Shown: positions 1 to 10,595, counted from the stretch's first letter. The stretch: DNA of 64,000 nt from Leptospiraceae bacterium (GCA_040217195.1 JAVJNR010000007.1:32001-96000), one strand, 5' to 3'. Notes: generated by a model not told the origin, from the letters alone. A program made the numbers and translations.

Positions 1-350
1 CCTTCCTGGTATAGGCCAGCGGCCGCTGCGGTTAATGCCCGGGCCAGGGTACTGGCACTTCTATCCGATGCTGGCCATTTATCTCGCATTGCTCTAGCCT
101 GACGAAGAGCTTCATCGTATCTTTTTTGTTCCCGCAATGCATAATTCAAATTTGCATGCATCCATTCTCTGTCCGGGTATTCTCCAATCCCCTGGCGCAT
201 AAGCGATTCCAGAGAACTCCATTGTCTGGCCTGGATGAGAGCGTTTGTCTCGGTTGAATACTCCTCCAGGGATTTCGCAGAAAGCCCAGCCCAGGAAGAA
301 AGCAGAAGAATCGAAATCAATGTACATGCGGCCCGCACTTTTGTACTCAT
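1..350 (-). CDS. Secreted TPR-like helical protein (partial; continues off the left edge)
   Basis: Not in the ORF track. Manual translation from ATG at 350 is open to the edge: MSTKVRAACTLISILLLSSWAGLSAKSLEEYSTETNALIQARQWSSLESLMRQGIGEYPDREWMHANLNYALREQKRYDEALRQARAMRDKWP...; signal peptide followed by TPR-like helices. Confidence 0.65.
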   Translation of the reverse strand, partial: MSTKVRAACTLISILLLSSWAGLSAKSLEEYSTETNALIQARQWSSLESLMRQGIGEYPDREWMHANLNYALREQKRYDEALRQARAMRDKWPASDRSASTLARALTAAAAGLYQE

Positions 351-537
351 GGAGATATTGGACGAAAATCGGTGAAGGTCTAACCACTTTTCCACGGAAT
401 GCTGCAGATAACCCTGTGGTTTGGTACAGCAAAAACCAGGCGGCCTATCAATTGTTCCAGTTCGAGGAGAACTGTTTTTCTTGCTTTCGGATTCCGTTGA
501 TGGAATATCAGGTCTATTCTTCTGATTGGGTCGCAGG

Positions 538-3438
538 ATGTTAGACAAAAAAACTGAGCCAGATGGTACCGGTGGCTCCTCCTTGCCGGACAGTTCCATA
601 GCAGCCGTTGCCCGACAGTTCTCGGGTGGTATTTTGATCACAGATCCCGAAGGAAGGATACAGTGGGCCAATCAGGGATTCCTGAATCTTACCGGATATT
701 CCCTTCCTGAACTTATGGGTCAGAAGCCAGGCCCGCTGCTGCAGGGCGAAGGCACAGATCCCCAAGCAGTTCAACAGATCAGTGAGCATCTAAAACGAAA
801 GGAATCTTTTGAAACAGAAATCTTAAATTATACGCGTGAAGGTAAACCGTACACAGTCTATTTGAAAGTGGATCCTGTATTCAGCGAAAATGGCTCTGTT
901 GAGTGCTTCATTGGTTTTCAGACGGACGTAACTCAGAAAAGAAGACAGGCTCAGCTAATGCAGTCCATTCTGAAGAGCGCCCATCAGGGAATTGTAACCC
1001 TGGATCTGGAGGGTCACATCCTTACATTCAATGAAGAAGCCAGCCGGCTTCTGGGTTATACTGAAAGTGAAGCCCTGGGTAGCTTGAATCCACTTACTTT
1101 TTTTGATCCAGAAGAATTAACGTTTCGAGCGAACGTCGTAGGACAGGGCCTACAAAGAACCATTCATGCCAATCTGGATTTGCTATATGTTATCGCCACA
1201 GAGAACTTGAACTCCCAATTCCAGGAATGGACGTTCATTCGAAAAGATGGAAAGAAAATCTATGGAGAGTTAGCCCTGACTCCCCTGGCGGATCAAGTAG
1301 AGACGATTACAGGATTCCTTGCCATCATTAAGGACAGAACCGAAATTCATCGCGCAGAAGATAAGTTAAAGATAGCAGCAGGGCGTCTGGATAAATTATC
1401 CAGTCTATTACCCGGCGTCATCTATCAGTACGAATTGTTGCCGGATGGACGTTCCAGGTTCCCCTATGCTTCCGAGGCCATGGTTTCAATTTATGGAGTA
1501 CGCCCGGAGGAGGTACGCGAAGATGCCAGGGCTGTATTTAGAACTCTTCATCCGGAGGATAGAGAATCTGTAAAGGCCGCCATAGAAGAGTCGGCCAGAA
1601 CGATGCAACCCTGGACCCAGGAGTATCGCACCATCAGTCCAGACGGCGAAGTCCGCTGGCTTCACGGCTACGCCAATCCGGAGAAATTGGAGAATGGTGG
1701 CACTTTGTGGCATGGATTCATCACGGACATTTCGCAGCAGAAAAAGGATGAACGCCGCCTCAGACAATCCGAAGAAAGGCTTTCTATGGCTCTAGAAGCC
1801 ACCCGGGACGGAGTCTGGGACTGGAATCTGGAGACAGACGAGGTATTCTGGAGTCCCCGATGTTTCGAAATGCTGGGTTATGATCCCTTTAGCTTCGATG
1901 TGACCTTTGAAAAATGGAAATCCCTGCTTCATCCTGATGAAGCAGTAGATGCAATCAGTCAAGTTCAGGCAAACCTGGCCGGCGAAGGGGCCCCGTTTAG
2001 CATCACCTTTCGCATGAAACACAGGGACGGATCTTTTCGCTGGATTTCCGGAAAAGGGAAGATAACCGAAAGGAAAGCGGATGGGGCTCCTCTACGGATG
2101 GTGGGAACGCACCTGGATGTATCCGATCGCATGCAAAAGGACGATGAATTAAGATTGGCCAATAAAAGATTGGAAGACACAAATCGCCAACTGGAGCTTT
2201 CTATCTGGCATGCCAATGAACTGGCACGTCAGGCTGAGGCCGCCAATGAAGCCAAGAGTTCGTTCATAGCAAATATGAGCCATGAGATTCGCACTCCCAT
2301 GACATCTATTCTTGGCTACGCAGACCTTCTTTCTGAGCGCAACCTACCGGAAGAAGAATTTGAAGACCATCTCCGAAGCTTGCACGATGCAGGAGAACAC
2401 CTGATGATGATCGTTAACGATATTCTGGACATATCGCGAATCGAATCAGGGAAGATTGACATAGAAATTCTTCCCGTTTCTCCCCGGGGCACCATCGACG
2501 AAGTGATCACCATGCTCAAAGCCAAGGCCAGGGCCAAAGACCTGGAGATTCGCCAGGAGATAACCGGAAGGCTCCCCGATTTCATCCCATCCGATCCAGG
2601 CAGACTTCGACAGATTTTGCTCAACCTGCTTGGCAATGCGATCAAGTTTACGTCCCGGGGATGCATTACTATTCGAGCAAACATAGAAAGCAAAAAGCTT
2701 CATATTGAAGTCATCGATACCGGCATAGGCATTGATAAGGAGGTCCTTAGAAATCTTTTCCAGCCATTCATGCAGGCCGATAGTTCCACCACCCGAAAGT
2801 ACGGTGGAAGCGGACTGGGCCTTGCGATCTCTCAACGTCTGGCAGAAATCCTGGGAGGGGAGATTACGGTGGAAAGCGAACCGGGACAGGGAAGCAGATT
2901 CACTCTTCGCATCCCGGTTTTGAATGAACAGGCGATAACAAATCAAAGTACAGACCGCGGATCGCCCGTTCCAGGACAATCCCCTGGCCAGGATCCGAAC
3001 CTGGAGACGAACCCGCAGCTAGATCGATTCACATCACCGGACATAAATGTGCCCTCTCTGGAAGGCATGAAGGTACTTGTAGTGGAAGACGATCCAGATA
3101 TTCGCAAGATAGTGCAGCTCTATCTGTCTAGAAGCAAAGTTGATGCAGAAGCTCTGGAGAACGGCAAACAGGCTCTGGACAGGTTACTGGAGATAGATCA
3201 GAGTTATGACTGCGTGCTGATGGACATTCAGATGCCCGAAATGGATGGAAAGGAGGTTATTCTAAAATTGCGCGAAAATGGCTACTCTGATCCTGTGATC
3301 GCAATGACGGCACACGCGTTGAGGTCCGAAGTAGCCGATATACTTGCCGCTGGATTCGATGAATATCTTGCCAAACCAATAGATCGCAAGACTCTACATG
3401 AAGCACTTCAAAAGTACAATCCCGGACGAAAGGTATAG
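538..3438 (+). CDS. Cytoplasmic hybrid sensor histidine kinase (4 PAS/PAC + HisKA + HATPase_c + REC)
   Basis: H-box FIANMSHEIRTPM, N-box LRQILLNLLGNAIKFT, G1 DTGIGI, G2 YGGSGLGL, receiver VLMDIQMP...YLAKP; four PAS repeats; no TM; ATG 538 preferred to TTG 526. Confidence 0.95.
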   Translation: MLDKKTEPDGTGGSSLPDSSIAAVARQFSGGILITDPEGRIQWANQGFLNLTGYSLPELMGQKPGPLLQGEGTDPQAVQQISEHLKRKESFETEILNYTREGKPYTVYLKVDPVFSENGSVECFIGFQTDVTQKRRQAQLMQSILKSAHQGIVTLDLEGHILTFNEEASRLLGYTESEALGSLNPLTFFDPEELTFRANVVGQGLQRTIHANLDLLYVIATENLNSQFQEWTFIRKDGKKIYGELALTPLADQVETITGFLAIIKDRTEIHRAEDKLKIAAGRLDKLSSLLPGVIYQYELLPDGRSRFPYASEAMVSIYGVRPEEVREDARAVFRTLHPEDRESVKAAIEESARTMQPWTQEYRTISPDGEVRWLHGYANPEKLENGGTLWHGFITDISQQKKDERRLRQSEERLSMALEATRDGVWDWNLETDEVFWSPRCFEMLGYDPFSFDVTFEKWKSLLHPDEAVDAISQVQANLAGEGAPFSITFRMKHRDGSFRWISGKGKITERKADGAPLRMVGTHLDVSDRMQKDDELRLANKRLEDTNRQLELSIWHANELARQAEAANEAKSSFIANMSHEIRTPMTSILGYADLLSERNLPEEEFEDHLRSLHDAGEHLMMIVNDILDISRIESGKIDIEILPVSPRGTIDEVITMLKAKARAKDLEIRQEITGRLPDFIPSDPGRLRQILLNLLGNAIKFTSRGCITIRANIESKKLHIEVIDTGIGIDKEVLRNLFQPFMQADSSTTRKYGGSGLGLAISQRLAEILGGEITVESEPGQGSRFTLRIPVLNEQAITNQSTDRGSPVPGQSPGQDPNLETNPQLDRFTSPDINVPSLEGMKVLVVEDDPDIRKIVQLYLSRSKVDAEALENGKQALDRLLEIDQSYDCVLMDIQMPEMDGKEVILKLRENGYSDPVIAMTAHALRSEVADILAAGFDEYLAKPIDRKTLHEALQKYNPGRKV

Positions 3439-3442
3439 AATC

Positions 3443-4705
3443 TCAAGGACATCCAACGGTGGTGCTGGCCCCGCAGGCACAGGCAATAGAGATATCCGTA
3501 TTAATGGGCATGGAAAATCGAATCTCTGATAAGACTTTCTCCGGGTATCCATCGTGCACTTCATCGTATCTGCACTGAAGGACATACTCACCGGGCAGCA
3601 GTTCCGTCATTACGTTATCGCCGCCATTTCTGACCGGAGTGGCAGCAAGAGGCAATAAATCCAGGTCCTTATTGCATACAATGCTACCGGTTTGGTCGAC
3701 GCATTCATTTACGTAGTACACTGCATAATAATGGCGAGTACTCTCTGTGCCACCGGTGACCTGAATATTTCCTGTATAATCAGGATAAAAGAGGCGAGCT
3801 CTGGTTAGGGCATTTCCGCCCATGTCGAATTGTCCGGTATGTTCCACCCTCCAATCACTTATGCCCACGACAGTGAAGTACTCTCCGGCAGCATCCGGGA
3901 AGCTATGAAGCATCAGGTTCTCTTTAATATTTGTGCGAATTTCCAGCACCAGTGATGCATAGCCATTGTAGACCTGCATGGAATCCTGTTGACCGGGATA
4001 CGTAACATGATGCAACGGAAACCACTGTGGCGGCAACGCAGCCTTTACCGCAGCGTCAACGCCTGCATCGTAATTCAACAGAGGCAATACATCGGTTCCG
4101 GAAACATCGTTATTATCGAATCGGCCAAGAGGAATGACTCCTTCTCGCTTCGCGAAACCAGTAAAAAAGCTTCGCATAAAAACGCCGGCATGGGTATAAC
4201 CGCCGGGCCCGATGTCTCTGGATGGATACAGAGCACCTACTCCATTAAAAAATTCCAGATAGTTAATGATACCACCAGTATCCAGGCAGGAATCGTTGGC
4301 AGCCACGGTGGCATAGAACTGGCTACAGTACACCTGACGCGTGGTGGATGCCACATCCCAGAATTCCTTGGCATCTCGGTCCGTGTCTATTTCATAAAGA
4401 TTGCTCAGATAGCCTTTGGTACTCAGTCGAATCTCACCTATATCCAGATAGATAGGTAGCTCACTGTAAGCCGGTACTCCTGCAGTGTCCAGGACCTCTG
4501 TACTCGGGGCATCATTATCAAGGAATAGAGTATTTCCGTTTATCTGTGCGAAATCCAGCGGACGATCAGTGGCATAAGTACCTTTCAGAATTAGAACCAT
4601 GCGACTGTTGATCAAAGCAGAAAGCAGAGCATCATCGCCTGAAGAGCAATTGCTACCTATGAATAGGATTCCAGCGAGGATCAAGGTGTTTGCCTTTTTT
4701 AACAT
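3443..4705 (-). CDS. Leptospira-type surface lipoprotein (resembles LIC11270 family)
   Basis: Spirochaetal lipobox (LFIGSNC); LILKGTYATDRPL motif and position next to truA/DUF2225 recalled from Leptospira synteny. Confidence 0.7.
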   Translation of the reverse strand: MLKKANTLILAGILFIGSNCSSGDDALLSALINSRMVLILKGTYATDRPLDFAQINGNTLFLDNDAPSTEVLDTAGVPAYSELPIYLDIGEIRLSTKGYLSNLYEIDTDRDAKEFWDVASTTRQVYCSQFYATVAANDSCLDTGGIINYLEFFNGVGALYPSRDIGPGGYTHAGVFMRSFFTGFAKREGVIPLGRFDNNDVSGTDVLPLLNYDAGVDAAVKAALPPQWFPLHHVTYPGQQDSMQVYNGYASLVLEIRTNIKENLMLHSFPDAAGEYFTVVGISDWRVEHTGQFDMGGNALTRARLFYPDYTGNIQVTGGTESTRHYYAVYYVNECVDQTGSIVCNKDLDLLPLAATPVRNGGDNVMTELLPGEYVLQCRYDEVHDGYPEKVLSEIRFSMPINTDISIACACGASTTVGCP

Positions 4706-4736
4706 AGACTTTTCTTAACTCCCACGGACAGGCGCA

Positions 4737-5360
4737 TCAAAAAATAAAACTTACCATCAGTCCAAAATGATAGAACCCACCATCTCGCAATTCATAGGTA
4801 CGGTTTTCCTGGTATCGTGCATTGGTAGTTCCTGGAAATAGGTACCCCAGCTGCGCTTCAAGAGGTGGCTGACGGTGACTATCCATAATGTAATTCGCAT
4901 CCAGGCGAAGACCAACTCGAAACTTTCTACTGGCCAGAAGAGACATTTCCAGCCCACCGTAGAGCATAGGATCCCAGCCATGCAGGTTCTGTGGCCTCAC
5001 TTCCAGATAGGCGGCCCCGCCTCCCAGCTTTGCCATTACCTGCAGCCTGAATGGCAACGGTAGCGGATAAACCAGAGCCCCATAAACCGGAGCGGAAACC
5101 AGAAGCTGAGTTGTAGGAGAAAAATAAGTAGTGTAGGAAAACCCGAACTCTGAATAGAACACCCATGGCCAGTTCACTCTATAGAACATTCCACCACCTA
5201 CGTTAGAATCCAGAACTTCATCATACGGAGTGGATGGAAATGGAAAGGAACCGCCGAGCCAGACGCCCAGCTCATGCTTCAGATGATCCGATTCACGAGC
5301 CTGTAGGCCGACCGGAAAGGCCAGAGACATAAAAAGTATGGTGCATAGAGTTCGGCGCAC
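4737..5360 (-). CDS. Small outer-membrane beta-barrel protein
   Basis: Signal peptide, alternating amphipathic strands, C-terminal ...HFGLMVSFIF ending in Phe. Confidence 0.7.
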   Translation of the reverse strand: MRRTLCTILFMSLAFPVGLQARESDHLKHELGVWLGGSFPFPSTPYDEVLDSNVGGGMFYRVNWPWVFYSEFGFSYTTYFSPTTQLLVSAPVYGALVYPLPLPFRLQVMAKLGGGAAYLEVRPQNLHGWDPMLYGGLEMSLLASRKFRVGLRLDANYIMDSHRQPPLEAQLGYLFPGTTNARYQENRTYELRDGGFYHFGLMVSFIF

Positions 5361-5408
5361 GGTGAATAGAACAGGTCAAAGAAGCCGGATTTGCGGTCCA
5401 TCGGAATT

Positions 5409-6233
5409 TCATGGTATGCTTCGGAATCGTGGATAGTCGGACAGTGTCTGCAGTCCTGCCTCACGGTGCTCAGCATCCTCCGGATAATAGGCCTTACGAA
5501 AGTAGAGCCCCTGAGGGGGAGCCGTTCTGCCCGCCAATTTTCGGTCTCTGGAATCCAGGATTTCCCTCAATCGGGAGACTCGATGGGAAGCAGGGCAATC
5601 CTCGGCCAACATCATCAAAGTTCCAATCATGATGCGTATCATGTTATGTAGAAAAGCATTTCCCCGAACCCTGAAGCTCAGCAAGGATTCTCCGCTTAAA
5701 AGGTCCACACGCTCATCCAGCTCCACAAGATCCAGATACCTCCGGGTTCCCTCATCCAGATACTGAGGACGTGTGAGTGCGCCAAAATCTTGCTCTCCTT
5801 TCAGAACCGGTAGCATGTCCTGAAAATCTGACGCTGGCGGTGCGGAAATCCGATGCCAGACTCGACCGCGAAGAAAGGGATTCCAGCCAGGACTGCGCGA
5901 AATTAAATATTCATACTGCCGGGCCACGCAGCTAAATCGAGGATGAAAGCCCGCAGGTGCGGGCTGGATATTGAGAACTGTCATCTCTTCAGGAGTGAGA
6001 GCATTCAAAGAGGGCAATAGACGGGCTCGAATCTCCGGAACTTCAAAGGAAATCACCTGGCCTGTGGCATGAACACCGGCATCGGTTCGGCCCGCGCAGT
6101 GAATGACGATTCTCTCTTTATAGAGGATTTTCAGTGCATCTTCCAGACAGGATTGCACTGTCCTTACATCTTTCTGGAGCTGAAATCCGGAAAAAGAACT
6201 GCCATCGTAGGCCACTGTGGCTGCGAGAATCAT
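5409..6233 (-). CDS. truA: tRNA pseudouridine(38-40) synthase
   Basis: YDGSSFSGFQ, AGRTDAGVHATGQV (catalytic Asp), FHPRF, GNAFLHNMIRIMIG, TAPPQGLY. Confidence 0.97.
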   Translation of the reverse strand: MILAATVAYDGSSFSGFQLQKDVRTVQSCLEDALKILYKERIVIHCAGRTDAGVHATGQVISFEVPEIRARLLPSLNALTPEEMTVLNIQPAPAGFHPRFSCVARQYEYLISRSPGWNPFLRGRVWHRISAPPASDFQDMLPVLKGEQDFGALTRPQYLDEGTRRYLDLVELDERVDLLSGESLLSFRVRGNAFLHNMIRIMIGTLMMLAEDCPASHRVSRLREILDSRDRKLAGRTAPPQGLYFRKAYYPEDAEHREAGLQTLSDYPRFRSIP

Positions 6234-6302
6234 GAATGATTGGGATCAAAGAAGGAATCCGATAGAAGAATACCTTCGATTTCTGGAACTATCCAGATTC
6301 GA

Positions 6303-7202
6303 TCAGGCACCGGCTTCGGACTCGACAGGATCTCCGGTCAGTGCTTCCAGACGCCCGGAAATCTCTTCATACAAATCTTTGGCCATATCCATCAACACAG
6401 AAGGTTTGCTTTTGGATGCCTTTCCCATGCCGTACAGTTTGCCCAGGTGGCGCTTACACAAATCAAGAAGTTTGACCTGCTCCTGGGGATCCTTCGTAAC
6501 AAAATCCAGATACTTGTTGGTGAGATACCCGTTTAGATAAACGACTCCATCGAAACCCCAGTTATTGTCTGTGTCCGGACCCAGAAGATTGATAAACTGC
6601 TCATGGGGCTCACTACCGGTGGACATGATTTCTAAAGTGGGCTGATAGTATCGCACTGCTTTTGTGTACATGAAATCCCGAATCTTATCGAAGCCCATTT
6701 TCGGGAACTCCTCATCCATATCATGGAAAAGCCACGCGGCGCGCAAAGAGCAGATCCCTTTCTTGGGAGTGGGAGCTGCATGCATTCCTCTATGCTGATA
6801 GCAATCCACGGCCAGCAAATAGGAAGCTGCTCCAAGGACCAGATTTCGATTCTCATTAAAATCCACCGGTCCCACTATTTTTTCTATACCGGTGCGACGC
6901 TGCAAAGTGGCCTTTTTCAGACTTTCAATTTCATCTGCTTGAAGCTGGTTAAAATCCTTGGGAAACGATGAGTACAGACATTGCGGACAGGTAACAATTT
7001 GATAGGCCTGGGGATAGATTCGCCCATATTTCTTGGATACATCGTACAGTCGACGTAGCTCAGCGGTAAGCTTTCCTGCAATCAATCGCCCTCCTCCGGA
7101 GTGCAACTGCTCTATCTGGTACTCATGATGACAGAGAGGACATTTGGTAATATCCTTCGATTTATAGGAAATGGATTTAACTCTTTGATCCTTGCCGCGC
7201 AT
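6303..7202 (-). CDS. DUF2225 family protein
   Basis: Two CxxC motifs (CPLC, CPQC), GGGRLIAG, LRAAWLF helical region. Confidence 0.85.
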   Translation of the reverse strand: MRGKDQRVKSISYKSKDITKCPLCHHEYQIEQLHSGGGRLIAGKLTAELRRLYDVSKKYGRIYPQAYQIVTCPQCLYSSFPKDFNQLQADEIESLKKATLQRRTGIEKIVGPVDFNENRNLVLGAASYLLAVDCYQHRGMHAAPTPKKGICSLRAAWLFHDMDEEFPKMGFDKIRDFMYTKAVRYYQPTLEIMSTGSEPHEQFINLLGPDTDNNWGFDGVVYLNGYLTNKYLDFVTKDPQEQVKLLDLCKRHLGKLYGMGKASKSKPSVLMDMAKDLYEEISGRLEALTGDPVESEAGA

Positions 7203-7527
7203 ACACTTATAGTCCTATATTCGGCTCCACGGAAGGCTACAAAAAAATTTGGGCTAAAAAAGGAATCCTCTGCACCCAAAAAGCGGGCCTCTCCAGGATA
7301 GACACAGAGCCAGTCCGGAATTTCTGCTATGGAATGTACTCTGGCCCGGACCGGCTGAAATCCGGCCATCAACTCAAGCAAGGTGGATTCTCCGGTTTCT
7401 GCCAGGGAAGGCGACATAAGGAATGCTCTTTTTCTTTTCCATTTCTTGATTGCATGGATTTTTTCGGGATGGGTACTGTCAGGTTCGCCTATTGAATCAC
7501 CGATACATGTAGAGACTATTCAGGGGA

Positions 7528-8637
7528 ATGCATACTATGAACCGCAAAGGAATTGCAATTGGATTGGCGCTAATCCTGCTGAGCACAGGATATTCGGGAG
7601 CCGAATCAGTAGGTGAAAAAGCCTACAAAAAGAGAAATGAGCTTATTGTATATTTGCGAAAGCTCCGACCCATGGCCTATAATTTTCCATGCGAGCCTCT
7701 TCCAGAATGCTTGCCTCAGGACATTAACGAGCAGAGAAGGAATCCCGGGCCAAATGTAACGGCGTACCGGGATATTAAGAGAATCTATCAGGAAGGCCTG
7801 ATCTATCTTTTCGAACGAAACTTTGTAAACTCTTACAGCCGATTCCTGGAAGCTCAGTCCAGATTGGATCATTTGCTGGAAGATATGTCGCAGCAATACA
7901 TTGATCGCACCGAGGTCATGATTCGAGAATCTATTGAGCGCCAGAATCCCAACGATCCCAGGGATACCTCTGTGGTAGACATCTCCATAGATTACGGCCC
8001 CAATTCCAAGCTTCGCAGAGATTTTGATCAGGATCGTGAAATTCCGGTAGATGTAAGAAGATACGATCCGCGAAACTATCATTATGCGATGAATAAGTAC
8101 CGGATTGAAGCCAATATGAAAAAAGGCTACGAGATGCTTGGAATGGCTAAGGAAGCCCGTCTACGAGCGGTGCAGATTGGCCAGGACCTACCGGAGGGCA
8201 GACCACTGTCTCCAGCTCAATTGCAGAAAAGACTCGAGGGGTATATGGCTTCTATTGAGCTGACTCGCCAGGCCAAGATCAATGCTGAATTCATTTTTGC
8301 TCTAAAGTATCCGTACAAAAACTACTATATGCTGAATCCTACCGGTAAGACGGAGAAGATCGATGCGGAAAATGGAGAGATTCCAACCATTCATGGTATT
8401 AAGATGAACTGGTCCAAGAATCCGTATGCATTCCCCAAAGAGCTGCATCCACTATTTGATCTTAGAGTTCCCCAGAAATGGCACAGGGATCTAGTAGATG
8501 CAAGAGAGAAGCGCTTTGACGATGAGATTGATGTGCATCTTCGATTTCGCTACCACAAGGATGGGGAAGAACCTGTGGAGATAATGGAAGATCCGCAAGG
8601 TCAGAATCTGCAGGATGGTAGAAGCCCGGATCTATGA
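7528..8637 (+). CDS. Conserved exported protein (resembles Leptospira LIC11274 family)
   Basis: 369-aa ORF with signal peptide, divergent from DUF2225; family name recalled from synteny. Confidence 0.65.
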   Translation: MHTMNRKGIAIGLALILLSTGYSGAESVGEKAYKKRNELIVYLRKLRPMAYNFPCEPLPECLPQDINEQRRNPGPNVTAYRDIKRIYQEGLIYLFERNFVNSYSRFLEAQSRLDHLLEDMSQQYIDRTEVMIRESIERQNPNDPRDTSVVDISIDYGPNSKLRRDFDQDREIPVDVRRYDPRNYHYAMNKYRIEANMKKGYEMLGMAKEARLRAVQIGQDLPEGRPLSPAQLQKRLEGYMASIELTRQAKINAEFIFALKYPYKNYYMLNPTGKTEKIDAENGEIPTIHGIKMNWSKNPYAFPKELHPLFDLRVPQKWHRDLVDAREKRFDDEIDVHLRFRYHKDGEEPVEIMEDPQGQNLQDGRSPDL

Positions 8638-8657
8638 TGGTAGAAGCCCGGATCTAT
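8614..8657 (+). repeat. Perfect 22-bp tandem duplication (gatggtagaagcccggatctat x2) across the stop codon
   Basis: 8614-8635 is identical to 8636-8657. Confidence 0.95.
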
Positions 8658-8706
8658 AATTCCAGGTCTACTTCACTAATGCAGGAAGTGTAACCTGCAC
8701 CTCCTG

Positions 8707-8738
8707 AAAAAAGCCGGCTGTCTGAGTCGGCTTTTTTT
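8707..8738 (+). terminator. Rho-independent terminator, possibly bidirectional
   Basis: A6-gccggct-gtctg-agtcggc-T7 after the 7528-8637 gene. Confidence 0.85.
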
Positions 8739-9048
8739 ATGCCTGCGTCACATGACAGTAACGCTGTGGATCCTCGAGCAATAGGACCCACCGGGAATAT
8801 AAGATCAGAAAGCCTGGCTAGCATCTTAAATCTGGATATCTGCTGCGGCCTCCAGAAGCCCCGGAGCATGCCGCATCCAATACCTTTCCTGCAGTCTTTC
8901 ATACAGCTCAATGGCCTGGAAGGCAAATAGGATTGCTATATCAACTTAGAACAAACGGCCGGGAAACGGTGAACGGGAAAGGTACCTGCAGACATTCTGA
9001 TATTTAATTTAGTACCACTGAGAATCATCGATCCAATGGCCGCAGACT

Positions 9049-9081
9049 AAAAATAAAAAGGGGCCGATTTCTCGACCCCTT
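9049..9081 (-). terminator. Rho-independent terminator of the TMEM43-like gene
   Basis: Minus strand ggggtcga-gaaa-tcggcccc followed by a T-rich tail. Confidence 0.75.
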
Positions 9082-9123
9082 GAGCGATGCCAGACCATTC
9101 CGGCATCCTGGTTTTTTTATCCC

Positions 9124-10191
9124 TTATGCAGCCTTGGACTTTCTGCTTTTTGCCATAAACAGAATACCCACAATGACCAGCACAAAGAATATTAGAACAA
9201 GCCACCAGTATTCAATGAGCAGGAATGTAATTCCCATAGCCACAAATGCAAATGCAAAGAATACGAAGCGAATCAGACCGGCTCCAAAATCCCCGATAAT
9301 AGGAATGAACTCGATTAGAGTTAGCAATGGGCCAACCAGAAGGCTAAGACCGCCACCCAGGCAGAGCACGGAAGCAGCAAATAGAATCCAGGTCATCGTA
9401 GTGTCCTCGGATGCTTTGTTCCCCATCACTGTTTCGTAATCGCCAGCGCCTACCAGGAGGAATTCCTTGAACGGTTCAAATGAACTGCCTTCCGCCATAC
9501 CTACAACTGTGTGTTCCGCGGCCGGATCATACCCTGTTCCAGAATAGGAAAAACGCTCGCAGCCTACGGTTGGGCTACTGGCACATGCATCGTTTTCATA
9601 GAATTTCCCATCACTGAATGGAAATCCACCGATCATGTCTTCTTCTGTTATGGAAGCAGATGGCATACCAACATAATCGCGATCCTTCTGGCTAATGGTA
9701 TAGGTCTTACCACTAACTTCTAGAGTCGGATCCACGGATGCGCTGTACTCAGGTATTGCAAATGCCGGGTTTACGCGGCCTTCTTTGGCACATTGATTGC
9801 CATCCGCAGAGGTACCGGGGTTGCTCAACCAATCCATTTCGCATACGTAATACTTTTCAGTCTTTTCGCCAACTTTACGCGACTTTTCAACGTTCTTGTA
9901 CCCGTACATCTGTCTGCTCTTGCTCAAACTCAGGTAATTTCCAGGTTTGATGACCCCAGGCTCGCCCAGAGCCGGTGCTTTTAGAGTCCCAGTTGAATAA
10001 ACCGCTTTGTTTTCTTCTTTTGCTTTGGCGATCTCTTCAATTTTGAATGCACCTGCAAGCTCCTCGGAAGCTTGATCACGTTGGGATGCATACCAGACTA
10101 CACCAAAGCTTGCCGGAATCAGGACCAGTCCCAGTAGCACTCCCATTACGGAATTCTTTAATTTATCTAACGCGCCTTCCTCTTCGGCCAT
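9124..10191 (-). CDS. TMEM43 (DUF1625)-like membrane protein
   Basis: One N-terminal TM (SVMGVLLGLVLIPASF), large soluble loop, C-terminal TM bundle TWIL...GLSLLVGPLLTLIEFIPIIG. Confidence 0.7.
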   Translation of the reverse strand: MAEEEGALDKLKNSVMGVLLGLVLIPASFGVVWYASQRDQASEELAGAFKIEEIAKAKEENKAVYSTGTLKAPALGEPGVIKPGNYLSLSKSRQMYGYKNVEKSRKVGEKTEKYYVCEMDWLSNPGTSADGNQCAKEGRVNPAFAIPEYSASVDPTLEVSGKTYTISQKDRDYVGMPSASITEEDMIGGFPFSDGKFYENDACASSPTVGCERFSYSGTGYDPAAEHTVVGMAEGSSFEPFKEFLLVGAGDYETVMGNKASEDTTMTWILFAASVLCLGGGLSLLVGPLLTLIEFIPIIGDFGAGLIRFVFFAFAFVAMGITFLLIEYWWLVLIFFVLVIVGILFMAKSRKSKAA

Positions 10192-10595
10192 AAACCTTTC
10201 TCCTTCTTACTCTAAGTGAGCTTGCGCTCTTTGCGCTTTGAGTAATATATAACTTAGTTTCCATCCATGATTATGGACCTGGCTCATTATAGACAGGGAT
10301 TCTGAATTGCAACCTAAAACCCATTCCCGGTACCGCTTAAGTCGCAGTAATGTGGCCAATGTCCGAAAAATCCATAAATGCAGGCCTTTCAGAAGACTGA
10401 CCGGATATTTACGGTCTGAACGGTCGATACAGAAGGAAAAAGAAGCCAGCGATGGGCCAGCTGAAGAAGGTTTAACAGTACATGGCTGCGTTTTTGCGCC
10501 GCTCCGTAGAATGGCCGCAGGCAATACTCAGTTTAATGGCAGCGAGGTGCTGCAAATGAGGGGGGCCCACCGGATTCACCGGTGGGCCGAAAAGT

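Noticed and set aside
112..544. ORF-track entries 112-432 (-) and 245-544 (+)
   Set aside because: They overlap a better edge-truncated minus-strand ORF starting at 350 and have no recognisable motifs.
7300..7420. Imperfect hairpin agccagtccgg/ccggaccggct in the DUF2225 divergent region as an ncRNA
   Set aside because: No known RNA motif and no second copy; stems like this arise by chance.
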